A stretch of 64,000 bases of DNA. Source: Thermoanaerobaculia bacterium (lineage in GTDB: Bacteria > Acidobacteriota > Thermoanaerobaculia > Multivoradales > UBA5704). Positions within the stretch are counted from its first letter, which is position 1; the number at the start of each line of letters is the position of its first letter. Below the pieces are notes generated by a model. That model was not told the origin of the DNA. It did no database searches and saw only the letters and a program-made list of their open reading frames with translations. The stretch covers positions 15,345 through 79,344 of the forward strand of contig JBAPYB010000030.1 of NCBI GenBank assembly GCA_049284515.1, in the 5' to 3' direction. A program made the translations under genes and the position numbers. This document shows positions 55,567-64,000 of this stretch, piece by piece.

Positions 55567-56685
55567 AGGAAGTTGTTGTTGATCGGCCTCGGCTGCCTGG
55601 CTCTCGCCGGGCCGGCCGAAGCCGCTGAAACGGGGGCTGTGACGGTCCGCGTCCGGCCTGATCCTGTCTATGTGGAACGATCGGGCGACCGGCAGCTCCT
55701 GAGCTTCGAATTCGAGCTGGTCAACGGCACTCAGGGGCCTCTGGATCTCACGCAGATCAGGATGCAGGCCTACGACAAGGCGGGACGGCTTCTCGTCTGG
55801 GACAAGTTGGACAGCAACGGCTCCCGCCCGTCCATCGAGGCACTGGGGCCGCGTCACCTGGACCCCGGCAAGCCGCTCACGGTCTTCAATCCTTTCTCTC
55901 CAATCGACACCGCCGTGCCCGTCGACCTGCTGCGTTTCACGCTCGTCGCCACGGCGCCCGGCGGCGGCCGGCAGACGGCCACAGTCGACGTGCGGCCCGT
56001 GGAGTACAAGCAGAAGACGCGGCTCGTCCTGCCCGTCCCCGGCGCCCGCGTCTGGGCCTACGAAGCTCCCGGCTTTTTCTCGCATCACAGGCGACTGGAC
56101 CTCAATGATCCGTTCAACCGCGACGTCATGAAGATGCGTCGCAACAGTCAGCGCTACGCACTCGATCTGTCCGTAGTGGACGAGCACGGAGAGGCCTTTC
56201 ACGGCGACATCGAGAAGAAAGAGAACTGGCTCGGCTTCGGGGTGCCGATCGTGGCGCCGGCGCCCGGCACCATCGTGGCCGCGGTGGGCGACCGGCCGGA
56301 CGACATTCCCTACGACGAGGCCCTGCTGCCCAATGACCCGACCCTCATGATCGGCAATCACGTGATCATCGATCACGGGAATGGCGAATTCAGCCTCCTC
56401 GCCCACTTCCAGCACGGCAGCCTCGCAGTCAAGCCGGGAGATCGCGTGCAGCGCGGGCAGCTCCTGGGCAAGATGAGCCGCTCCGGGATGGGCTCGACCC
56501 TCGTCCACGTGCACTATGAGCTGCGCACCACTCCCGATCTCTTCGATGCGGACGGCCTGCCCGCGACCTTCGAAGGCTTCCGCCGCGTCGGCAGCGCGAA
56601 GCCCGAGTCGGGGCGCATCGAGCCGGGATGGGTGGTGCTCACGGAGCCCGCCAAGCCCGCCAAGCTGTTAAGATCGAGCCCATGA
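55564..56685 (+). CDS. M23-family metallopeptidase, secreted; copy 1
   Basis: HVIIDHGNGEFSLLAHF...HVHYEL zinc motifs; signal peptide. Confidence 0.8.
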   Translation: MRKLLLIGLGCLALAGPAEAAETGAVTVRVRPDPVYVERSGDRQLLSFEFELVNGTQGPLDLTQIRMQAYDKAGRLLVWDKLDSNGSRPSIEALGPRHLDPGKPLTVFNPFSPIDTAVPVDLLRFTLVATAPGGGRQTATVDVRPVEYKQKTRLVLPVPGARVWAYEAPGFFSHHRRLDLNDPFNRDVMKMRRNSQRYALDLSVVDEHGEAFHGDIEKKENWLGFGVPIVAPAPGTIVAAVGDRPDDIPYDEALLPNDPTLMIGNHVIIDHGNGEFSLLAHFQHGSLAVKPGDRVQRGQLLGKMSRSGMGSTLVHVHYELRTTPDLFDADGLPATFEGFRRVGSAKPESGRIEPGWVVLTEPAKPAKLLRSSP

Positions 56686-58490
56686 GCGATCCCAAACCCG
56701 AAGTGGGCAGCGTCGCCGGCCGTGCCGCGCTGTTCGTCCTTCTTCTCCTCGCCTTCGCCGCCGTCGCCCCCGCCGCTCCTCCGGCCAAGAAAGAACCGGA
56801 CGTGGACCTCCAGTGGGGCGTCCGCATCCCCATGCGCGACGGCGTGGAGCTGGCTGCCACGGTGTACCGGCCGGGGGGCCAGAAGGGCCCGCTGCCGGTC
56901 GTCTTCACGCTCACGCCGTACATTGCCGACGGCTTGCACCCGCGAGCCATGTACTTCGCCCGCCACGGCTATGCCTTCGTCCTCGTCGACACCCGGGGCC
57001 GGGGAAGCTCGGGCGGCAACTTCGATCCCTTTGCCCAGGAGAGCAGGGACGGTTACGACATCGTCGAGTGGCTCAGCCGCCAGAGTTGGTCGAACGGCAA
57101 GGTGGCCATGTGGGGCGGCTCCTACGTGGGCTACGACCAGTGGGCCACGGCCAAGGAGAGGCCGCCGCACCTCACCACGATCGTGCCCACCGCCTCCGTC
57201 CATCCCGGGATCGACTACCCTGCTCCCGCGAACATCTTCTATTCCTATGACATCCAGTGGTTGACCTATACCAGCGGTAAGACGGGAAACAACCGGCTCT
57301 TCGGCGAATCCTCGTACTGGAGTCAGAAATTCCTGGAGATGTACACCGCTCACCGTCCCTTCCGCGAGCTCGACCGGATCGTAGGCAATCCCAATGCGTC
57401 GTTCCAGCAGTGGCTCGCGCATCCCACCTATGACGATTTCTGGAAAGCCATGGTGCCGACGCGCGAGCAGTATGCGAAGCTCGACCTGCCCATCCTGACC
57501 ATCACCGGCCACTACGACGCCGACCAGGGCGGCGCCCTCACCTACTACCGCAACCACATGCGCGAGGCGTCGGCGGCGGCCAAGGACCGGCACTATCTCA
57601 TCATCGGCCCCTGGGACCATCCGGGAACGCGCACGCCACAGCGAGAAGTGCTGGGGCTCACTTTCGGCGAGGCGAGCGTCCTCGACCTCAACGATCTGCA
57701 CAGGCAGTGGTACGACTGGACGATGAAAGCCGGCGCCAAGCCGGCGTTCCTCAAGAAGCGGGTGGCCTATTACGTGCCGGGCGCGGGCGCGGAAGAATGG
57801 AAGTACGCTGACACTCTGGAGGAGATCGGCGCTCAGAAACGAACCCTTTATCTCAGCTCGGACCACGGCCAGGCGAATGACATCTTTCATTCCGGAGCTC
57901 TCGCCGAGTCAAAGCCCGCAGCCTTGCAGACCGATCGATGGGATTACGATCCGCTGGACATCCGGCCAGGACAGGATCCTGAGCGCGATTCCAGTGAGAC
58001 TCCGCTGATCGATCAGTTCGACGTCTTCAATCTTTACGGCAACGGCGTCGTATACCACAGCGAGCCCTTTACAGAAGCCACGGAAGTCTCCGGGCAGGTG
58101 AAGCTCAACCTCTGGATCGCGCTCGACGTGCCGGACACGGACTTCCAGGTCACCCTCTACGAGATCCTGCCCGACGGCAAGAGCGTCTACCTCACCAGAG
58201 ACGGTCTGCGCGCCCGCTATCGCGATTCGCTGGAGAGAGAGGAGTTGGTGCCGAATGGGGAGGTCGTGCGTTACTCCTTCACCGCCTTCCCCTGGTTCTC
58301 CCGCAAGGTCGCCAAAGGCAGCCGGCTGCGCCTCGTGATCTCCTGCCCCAACTCGACCCAGATCGAAAAGAACTACAACTCCGGCGGCGTGGTGGCCGAC
58401 GAGACGGCGAAGGACGCGCGCACGGCCCACGTGGTCCTCTACCACGACACGGAGCATCCGAGTGCCCTGGAGATTCCGATCGTGAAATGA
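56682..58490 (+). CDS. CocE/NonD-family hydrolase; copy 2
   Basis: MSDPKPEVGSVAGRAALFVLLLLAF...; ATG overlaps the stop of M23 copy 1. Confidence 0.8.
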   Translation: MSDPKPEVGSVAGRAALFVLLLLAFAAVAPAAPPAKKEPDVDLQWGVRIPMRDGVELAATVYRPGGQKGPLPVVFTLTPYIADGLHPRAMYFARHGYAFVLVDTRGRGSSGGNFDPFAQESRDGYDIVEWLSRQSWSNGKVAMWGGSYVGYDQWATAKERPPHLTTIVPTASVHPGIDYPAPANIFYSYDIQWLTYTSGKTGNNRLFGESSYWSQKFLEMYTAHRPFRELDRIVGNPNASFQQWLAHPTYDDFWKAMVPTREQYAKLDLPILTITGHYDADQGGALTYYRNHMREASAAAKDRHYLIIGPWDHPGTRTPQREVLGLTFGEASVLDLNDLHRQWYDWTMKAGAKPAFLKKRVAYYVPGAGAEEWKYADTLEEIGAQKRTLYLSSDHGQANDIFHSGALAESKPAALQTDRWDYDPLDIRPGQDPERDSSETPLIDQFDVFNLYGNGVVYHSEPFTEATEVSGQVKLNLWIALDVPDTDFQVTLYEILPDGKSVYLTRDGLRARYRDSLEREELVPNGEVVRYSFTAFPWFSRKVAKGSRLRLVISCPNSTQIEKNYNSGGVVADETAKDARTAHVVLYHDTEHPSALEIPIVK

Positions 58491-58555
58491 AATCCAGGCC
58501 GTAAGAATCTCCTCCCTCACGCGTTTCCGTAAGGAGAACCGAGGAGGAGACTGCG

Positions 58556-59668
58556 ATGAGGAAGTTGTTGTTGATCGGCCTCGGCTGCCTGGCCCTCGCC
58601 GGGCCGGCCGAAGCCGCCGGAACGGGGGCCGTGACGGTCCGCGTCCGGCCCGATCCCGTCTATGTGGAGCGGTCGGGCGACCGGCAGCTCCTGAGCTTCG
58701 AGTTCGAGCTGGTCAACGGCACCCAGGGGCCGCTGGAGCTCGCGCAGGTCCGGATGCAGGCCTACGACAAAGCAGGGCGGCTCCTCGTCTGGGACAAGCT
58801 GGACAGCAACGGCTCCCGCCCGTCCATCGAGGCGCTGGGACCGCGTCACCTGGACCCTGGTAAGCCGCTCACGGTCTTCAATCCTTTCTCTCAAATCGAT
58901 ACCGCCGTACCCGTCGATCTCCTCCGCTTCACACTCGTGGCCACGGCGCCCGGCGGCGGCCGGCAGACGGTCGCAGTCGACGTGCGGCCCGTGGAGTACA
59001 AGCAGAAGACCACGCTCATCCTGCCCGTCCCCGGTGCCCGCGTCTGGGCCTATGAGGCTCCCGGCTTTTTCTCGCATCACCGGCGACTGGACCTCAACGA
59101 TCCATTCAACCGCGACGTCATGAAGATGCGTCGCAACAGCCAGCGCTACGCGCTCGATCTGTCCGTGGTGGACGAGAAGGGAGAGGCCTTTCACGGCGAC
59201 ATGGAGAAGAAAGAAAATTGGCTCGGCTTCGGGGTGCCGGTCGTGGCGCCGGCGCCCGGCACCATCGTGGCCGCAGTGGGCGACCGGCCGGACGACATCC
59301 CCTACGATGAGGCCCTGCTGCCGAAGGATCCGACCCTCATGATCGGCAATCACGTGATCATCGATCACGGCAACGGCGAGTACAGCCTCCTCGCCCACTT
59401 CCAGCACGGCAGCCTCGCGGTCAAGCCTGGGGATCGGGTGCAGCGCGGGCAGCTCCTGGGCAAGATGAGCCGTTCCGGCATGGGCTCCATCCTCGTCCAC
59501 GTGCACTACGAGCTGCGCAACACGCCTGATCTTTTCGATGCGGACGGCCTGCCCACGACTTTTCAGGGATTCCGCCGCGTGGGGAGCACGAAGCCCGAGA
59601 CGGGGCGCATCGAGCCGGGATGGGTCGTGATCACCGAACCCTCCAAGCTGATAAAGTCGGCGCCATGA
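58556..59668 (+). CDS. M23-family metallopeptidase; copy 2
   Basis: Near-identical to 55564..56685. Confidence 0.8.
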   Translation: MRKLLLIGLGCLALAGPAEAAGTGAVTVRVRPDPVYVERSGDRQLLSFEFELVNGTQGPLELAQVRMQAYDKAGRLLVWDKLDSNGSRPSIEALGPRHLDPGKPLTVFNPFSQIDTAVPVDLLRFTLVATAPGGGRQTVAVDVRPVEYKQKTTLILPVPGARVWAYEAPGFFSHHRRLDLNDPFNRDVMKMRRNSQRYALDLSVVDEKGEAFHGDMEKKENWLGFGVPVVAPAPGTIVAAVGDRPDDIPYDEALLPKDPTLMIGNHVIIDHGNGEYSLLAHFQHGSLAVKPGDRVQRGQLLGKMSRSGMGSILVHVHYELRNTPDLFDADGLPTTFQGFRRVGSTKPETGRIEPGWVVITEPSKLIKSAP

Positions 59669-59737
59669 GCGGCGCCGTGGCGGTGCTCTATCAGGCAGGC
59701 TGATCGTCAGGCATCAGTGCTGCATAGATCAGCGGGT

Positions 59738-60769
59738 ATGATCCAGATCCGCGCATCGCTGCTCTTCGCCATCCTCCTCCCGGTCGCCCTGCACGCCCAA
59801 GAACCTCGCCCCATGAACCGGGACGGCACCCTTCTCGAGCAGACTCCCTGTCCGTCCTATCCCCTTTCCTACGAGCACTGGCTGCGGGGCACCGAAAGGG
59901 GGTACGAGGCGGAAGTCGAAGAGGCGAGGCGGCTCGGCGTCGCCATGCGGCCCTTCGCAGACCTCGCCCCCCGCCTGCTGACGCGGGAGGAATTCGAGCA
60001 GCGCAAGGCGTACCAGGAATTCGAGTGCCGGCGCCTCACCTACCTGAGCGACGGGCTGCAAGTCACCGGCTATCTCTGGAAACCGAAGGACACGGCGGGA
60101 AAGAAGCTGCCGTTGATCCTCTTCAACCGGGGCGGCAACCGCGAGTTCGGAAAGCTGTCGCCGTGGGAGGAAGAAGGGTTCTATTCCTACGTCTCGCAAG
60201 GTTTTGTGGTGATGGGCTCGCAGTACCGCGGCGTCGACGGGGGCGAGGGGCGGGAGGAGTTCGGCGGCGCCGAGGTCCACGACGTGCTCAACCTGATTCC
60301 GCTCGCGAGATCGCTCGGCTACGTGGACATGGACAACGTCTTCATCCTCGGCGTCTCCCGCGGCGGCATGGAGACCTACCTGGCGCTGAAGAACGGCATC
60401 CCCGTCAAAGCCGCTGCCGTCGTGAGCGGCGAGGCCGATTTGACCGCGAGCACCAAGGACCGTCCAGAGATGGTGGGCGTCTACCGCGAGCTGATCCCGG
60501 GCTATGCGAAGCGCGGACCCGAGCTCCTGCGGGAGCGCTCCGTCATCGCCTGGCCGGAAAAGATCAACGTTCCCATCCTCATCCTGCACGGCACCGCGGA
60601 CTGGCGAACCAACCCGCGGGACCACGCCCTACCCCTCGCCGAGAAGCTCCAAGCCCTCGGCAAAGTCTACGAGCTGATCCTGTACGCGCAGGACAGCCAC
60701 GGCCTCCCCTTCAACTGGCGCGATAGGGACCAGCGGATCGTCGAGTGGTTCAAGCGGTTTAAGAAGTGA
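59738..60769 (+). CDS. S9-family peptidase / dienelactone-hydrolase-like alpha/beta hydrolase, secreted
   Basis: GVSRGG nucleophile elbow; signal peptide MIQIRASLLFAILLPVALHAQ. Confidence 0.75.
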   Translation: MIQIRASLLFAILLPVALHAQEPRPMNRDGTLLEQTPCPSYPLSYEHWLRGTERGYEAEVEEARRLGVAMRPFADLAPRLLTREEFEQRKAYQEFECRRLTYLSDGLQVTGYLWKPKDTAGKKLPLILFNRGGNREFGKLSPWEEEGFYSYVSQGFVVMGSQYRGVDGGEGREEFGGAEVHDVLNLIPLARSLGYVDMDNVFILGVSRGGMETYLALKNGIPVKAAAVVSGEADLTASTKDRPEMVGVYRELIPGYAKRGPELLRERSVIAWPEKINVPILILHGTADWRTNPRDHALPLAEKLQALGKVYELILYAQDSHGLPFNWRDRDQRIVEWFKRFKK

Positions 60770-60780
60770 AGTCCATTTTT

Positions 60781-62076
60781 CTACGCGACAGGCACTTTGT
60801 CTGCACTGAGAAACGCCTCGACAGCACCGGCGAGATCCTCCGCCCGGAGGAAGCGCACGCGCGTCGAGCCCTCCGCGGTCTCGGGAAACGTCCTGCGATT
60901 GACGATCACGAGCTCTTCGGGCTGGTAGGCGTCGACGAAGCTCCGGGCTGAGCGGCTCAAGATCCCGCGGCTGTCCCCGGCCTTGACCTCGCAGGCCAAG
61001 AGCCGGCCCTGGTGCTCCACCACGAAGTCCACCTCCGCTCCCGACTTGCTTCGCCAGGTAGAAAGTCCATCGAGAAGGGGGTGGACTGTCTTGGCCAACT
61101 CGGTGAAGATGAGGTTTTCCAAGAGCGCTCCCCGATCGGGCCGGTCCGCGGCGTCCTGAAATCCCCCGAAGAGCTGATTGCGGATGCCGTTGTCCAGAAG
61201 GAACACCTTGCGGGAGCTGGTGATCTCCGCACGCCTGCCGCCGACGAACGGCCGGACCATGCGAATGAGATGCGTCTCTTCGAGGAGCCGGCAGTAGTCG
61301 GCCACCGTGTCGTTGCTGACGTTGCTCAGGGCAGCCCAATCCGAAAGATTGACCAGGTTGCCGATCTGGCTCGCGGCGAGCTCCAGGATCTTGCGCAGGG
61401 CCGCCGTGTGGCGGATGCGGAAACGATCCGAGGCATCGCGGACCACGAACGCCTCGACCAGGGACGCCAGCTCCCGCCGCGGCTCGTCCGACGTCAACAC
61501 GGTCGGATATCCGCCGTAGATCATCATCCTTTCCACGAGCTGTGACAGGCCCTCTTCTCGCGCCAGGGGGCTGCCGTCCGTGAACGCCGCGCCAGCCTCG
61601 GAGAGCGACAAGGGCAGGAGCAGATGGCGTTGCGCCCGCCCGGCCAGCGACTCGCGGGTCGCGGACTCCAGGTCGAACGACGAGCTGCCGGTGGCATAGA
61701 TCCGTAGGCCGGTCCGGCGGTCAACGAGCCCCTTGAGGAACAGGCCGGCCTCTGGCAACAGCGCCCGAGCCCCGCCGGCCGACTCCGCCACGTCGGCGAG
61801 AAAGCTGGCGGGAGACGAGAGCCACTCGCGCATCGAGGGCTCCTCGCAGTTGACGTACAGGACGGGCTCCGCCGCCTCGGCGAGCGTCTTCCAGATCAGA
61901 GTCGACTTCCCGGCCTGCCGTGGCCCCACCACGAGCACGACCCGGTGGTCCGCGACGAGCCGCAAGCGCCGCGGGAGGTAGCTTTCCGGCAGGAAACGCT
62001 GGAACCAGGCCTGGAGATCATCCCCGCGCAGCCAGGGGTTCTCAGCCAGAACGACGCGCCGGAGTTGAGGGTCCAT
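60781..62076 (-). CDS. AAA ATPase with C-terminal DUF4143
   Basis: Walker A GPRQAGKST; typical AAA_14 + DUF4143 architecture. Confidence 0.75.
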   Translation of the reverse strand: MDPQLRRVVLAENPWLRGDDLQAWFQRFLPESYLPRRLRLVADHRVVLVVGPRQAGKSTLIWKTLAEAAEPVLYVNCEEPSMREWLSSPASFLADVAESAGGARALLPEAGLFLKGLVDRRTGLRIYATGSSSFDLESATRESLAGRAQRHLLLPLSLSEAGAAFTDGSPLAREEGLSQLVERMMIYGGYPTVLTSDEPRRELASLVEAFVVRDASDRFRIRHTAALRKILELAASQIGNLVNLSDWAALSNVSNDTVADYCRLLEETHLIRMVRPFVGGRRAEITSSRKVFLLDNGIRNQLFGGFQDAADRPDRGALLENLIFTELAKTVHPLLDGLSTWRSKSGAEVDFVVEHQGRLLACEVKAGDSRGILSRSARSFVDAYQPEELVIVNRRTFPETAEGSTRVRFLRAEDLAGAVEAFLSADKVPVA

Positions 62077-62089
62077 GGGTCTCTACCAG

Positions 62090-62144
62090 AAATCAGCAGA
62101 GTTCGTTGCTCTTCCTGGCAGAAAGTAGCAGGGTTCGTTGCGGA
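62090..62144. promoter_or_regulatory. Two 22-bp direct repeats (AGAAAnnAGCAGRGTTCGTTGC) immediately upstream of the DUF4143 ATPase gene
   Basis: agaaatcagcagagttcgttgc and agaaagtagcagggttcgttgc, 32 bp apart. Confidence 0.3.
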
Positions 62145-62219
62145 CGGCAAGCCAGGACTGGCACCACCCCTTGATGCACAAGTGCCCCAGGCTCGCCGCA
62201 TGGTCAATGGGCGAGGTGG

Positions 62220-63455
62220 CTACACCGGTCGCTGGCCCTCTCTCCACAGGCGGACGGCGAACTGTTCTCCTTCCTCAATGAGACCAGGTTCAGTGCCGTT
62301 ATGCTTTAGCATGGTTCGGATGATCTTCCGCGGGATGCCCATCCCCATGTGTTCCAGATAGCCGTAGTCCCGCATCACGTCTTTGAGCAATTGGTTTCGT
62401 GCGGCGCGGCACCCCACTCGCATACGTTCTGGAGTAATGCCGTTCGGCAGCCGGCCAGGCGAGACAATCTCCAGCCGGTCCTTGTAGAGAGACAGCTCGA
62501 TGTCAGTGCTCGAAAGCAGATAGTCGCGATGGACCAGAGCATTGACCAAAGCCTCTCGAACCGCTTCGACGGGATAATCGAGACGTTCCGTCCGGCGAGC
62601 ACCCTCAGCGAGAGTGGTAGTGGCACCGGAGTGGCGTCTGATGAAGCCGACCGCCTGTTCAACGAGCCCATTCTCGATGGGCGTCCTGCGGCCCTTTCGC
62701 AGCAAGGGTGTCAAAGGTCCTCGTAAGCTCGCACGCTCCAAGGAAGCATAATCCTTTTCAAGTCCGGGGTAGGCCACAGCGTCGATCCCGGCTTGAGGGA
62801 GAAAACGATTCGGGTTCTCCCCGAAAAGCAGCAGACCTGCCACTGTACAGGGAGTCCCATGCCCTTCATCGCTGAGCAACTCAGTGTTCACCAGGAGGGT
62901 TCGCCAGTCCTCCTCAGTTTTCGGTACCTCCTGCTGCCGTACCCTCCCGAAATAATCCTTGAGCCGATTGCGGTCCAAATCGTCCAAGCCGGACCCGGAC
63001 ACCGGACGAAGCTCCACGCGGAACCCACCCCGCTGCTGGAAAAGGCGCTCTAACTCTTCCTGGCTGGCCTCTCGGCTGGTCGAGCCGACCCGGATGTAAT
63101 AGGTCCGGTGGTGATCGTGCCAGACGTGATGCACAGACCAGCCCTGATCGACGCGGACAACCGCGACCGCCGCATCCCGGCCCGTTTCGATCTCGCGGAT
63201 GACTTCAAAGTAAGGAATGAGCTCCGGCCGGATCTTGTCACGGCAGGCGGACATGACCCACTCCTCGAGCCGAGGACGCGTGATCCCCCGCACCGTCCCT
63301 CCGTCTTCCACCCCCAGCAGTACGACGCCGCCTTGAAGGTTCGCCAGCGCGACCAACTCTTTCGCGAGAGCCCGAGGCTCAATCGTATCGAGCTTGAATT
63401 CGACCCCGGAGCTTTCGCCGTTTCGCAACATTTCGAATAGCTCGGTCTTTAGCAT
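62220..63455 (-). CDS. AlbA_2 (Schlafen-like DNA-binding) + HATPase_c_4 (RecG C-terminal-like) domain protein
   Basis: ESSGVEFKLDTIEPRALAKELVALANLQGGVVLLGVEDGG at the N-terminus; VREALVNALVHRDY... in the C-terminal half. Confidence 0.7.
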   Translation of the reverse strand: MLKTELFEMLRNGESSGVEFKLDTIEPRALAKELVALANLQGGVVLLGVEDGGTVRGITRPRLEEWVMSACRDKIRPELIPYFEVIREIETGRDAAVAVVRVDQGWSVHHVWHDHHRTYYIRVGSTSREASQEELERLFQQRGGFRVELRPVSGSGLDDLDRNRLKDYFGRVRQQEVPKTEEDWRTLLVNTELLSDEGHGTPCTVAGLLLFGENPNRFLPQAGIDAVAYPGLEKDYASLERASLRGPLTPLLRKGRRTPIENGLVEQAVGFIRRHSGATTTLAEGARRTERLDYPVEAVREALVNALVHRDYLLSSTDIELSLYKDRLEIVSPGRLPNGITPERMRVGCRAARNQLLKDVMRDYGYLEHMGMGIPRKIIRTMLKHNGTEPGLIEEGEQFAVRLWREGQRPV

Positions 63456-63464
63456 GCCAACCCT

Positions 63465-64000
63465 CTAGAAGCCATATTTGAGACGTCGTAGCTCAAAGGC
63501 ACGCTGACCGCCTTCGAGGATTTCCTCGACCAGACTACGGACCGGGTCCGAATCCATGGAGCCCATCTGTTCCACTGGCAGCTCCGCTTGTCCTTGAGCC
63601 GGCTGCAAGCCAACGATCAATTCAGCGTCACCGAGCACTGGAATGTTGGCATTGTGGGTGGAGAAGATGAACTGACGCCGTCGTTTCTCCTCTCGCATCT
63701 TCGGGACTACGACCTCGGTGATGAAGCGATTGTCAAGGTCGTCCTCCGGCTGATCTACCACCAGAGGAGCGTCTGATTCGAGAAGCAGCAGAAGAAGGAC
63801 GGCCGTTGCCTTCTGGCCGGTTGACAGGTCTTCGAGCTCCTGCCAGGCCGGATCATCCTCCGTCCCGACGTTTAGCTCGATCCGGGTAGTGGCCGGAAGA
63901 TTCAGCTCTTCAATCCGCAGGGCGATTTCGGGGCAGGCTGCAGCGAGACGGTCCGCCTGAGAGGGTGGGATTTTCAACATGCGCTGTACCGCTTCGGAGC
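63465..64000 (-). CDS. ABC-type ATPase, C-terminal fragment (gene starts beyond window end)
   Basis: Signature LSTGQKATAVLLLLL, Walker B LVVDQPEDDLD and H-loop FIFSTHNANI. Confidence 0.7.
   Translation of the reverse strand, partial: SEAVQRMLKIPPSQADRLAAACPEIALRIEELNLPATTRIELNVGTEDDPAWQELEDLSTGQKATAVLLLLLLESDAPLVVDQPEDDLDNRFITEVVVPKMREEKRRRQFIFSTHNANIPVLGDAELIVGLQPAQGQAELPVEQMGSMDSDPVRSLVEEILEGGQRAFELRRLKYGF

Overview
This is a high-GC (about 65-68%) bacterial chromosomal segment with dense coding, frequent 4-nt start/stop overlaps and strong AGGAGG-type Shine-Dalgarno sites. Phylum cannot be assigned from sequence alone.

Core content:
- A truncated hydantoinase B/5-oxoprolinase gene at the left edge.
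- A nest of REP sequences around an intact REP-associated tyrosine transposase (RAYT), plus an internally deleted copy.
- A form-II CODH-like molybdoenzyme operon in the order coxS-coxL-coxM-coxD-coxE, preceded by a small membrane protein.
- A TacT/TacA-type GNAT toxin / DUF1778 antitoxin pair flanked by decayed partial copies of itself.
- Housekeeping, transport and envelope genes: MFS and APC transporters, an aminotransferase, an aldo-keto reductase, DUF899, D-aminoacylase, a GATase1 plus ATP-grasp pair, an aryl-CoA ligase, several GNATs, a CrtI-like oxidoreductase, a cytochrome c'-like protein, DUF2252, gluQ, a cupredoxin/Calx-beta secreted protein, a glycogen-debranching-type enzyme, an EamA transporter, dipeptidyl-peptidase III, an alpha/beta hydrolase, clpS-clpA and a Uma2 nuclease.
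- A tandemly duplicated CocE/NonD hydrolase + M23 peptidase unit followed by an S9 peptidase.
- An ABC-ATPase / AlbA_2 / DUF4143 cluster at the right edge.

Most unusual:
1. A roughly 4.8-kb low-GC island (48.1-52.9 kb) carrying an operon of a signal-peptide-bearing protein with WD40 repeats N-terminal and a caspase (C14) domain C-terminal, plus two membrane proteins. It is bordered by a truncated vapB and a UPF0175/DUF3368 toxin-antitoxin pair.
2. A lower-GC two-gene ABC-ATPase + DUF4276 (TOPRIM-like) module resembling split OLD/AbiL-type defence systems.
3. An approximately 230-bp array of about 10 direct repeats phased at 20 bp, lying between convergent genes.
4. An unannotated 58-aa secreted peptide with six cysteines and a perfect SD.

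Many of the long ORFs in the provided track are antisense or out-of-frame shadows typical of high-GC DNA; they were not called.
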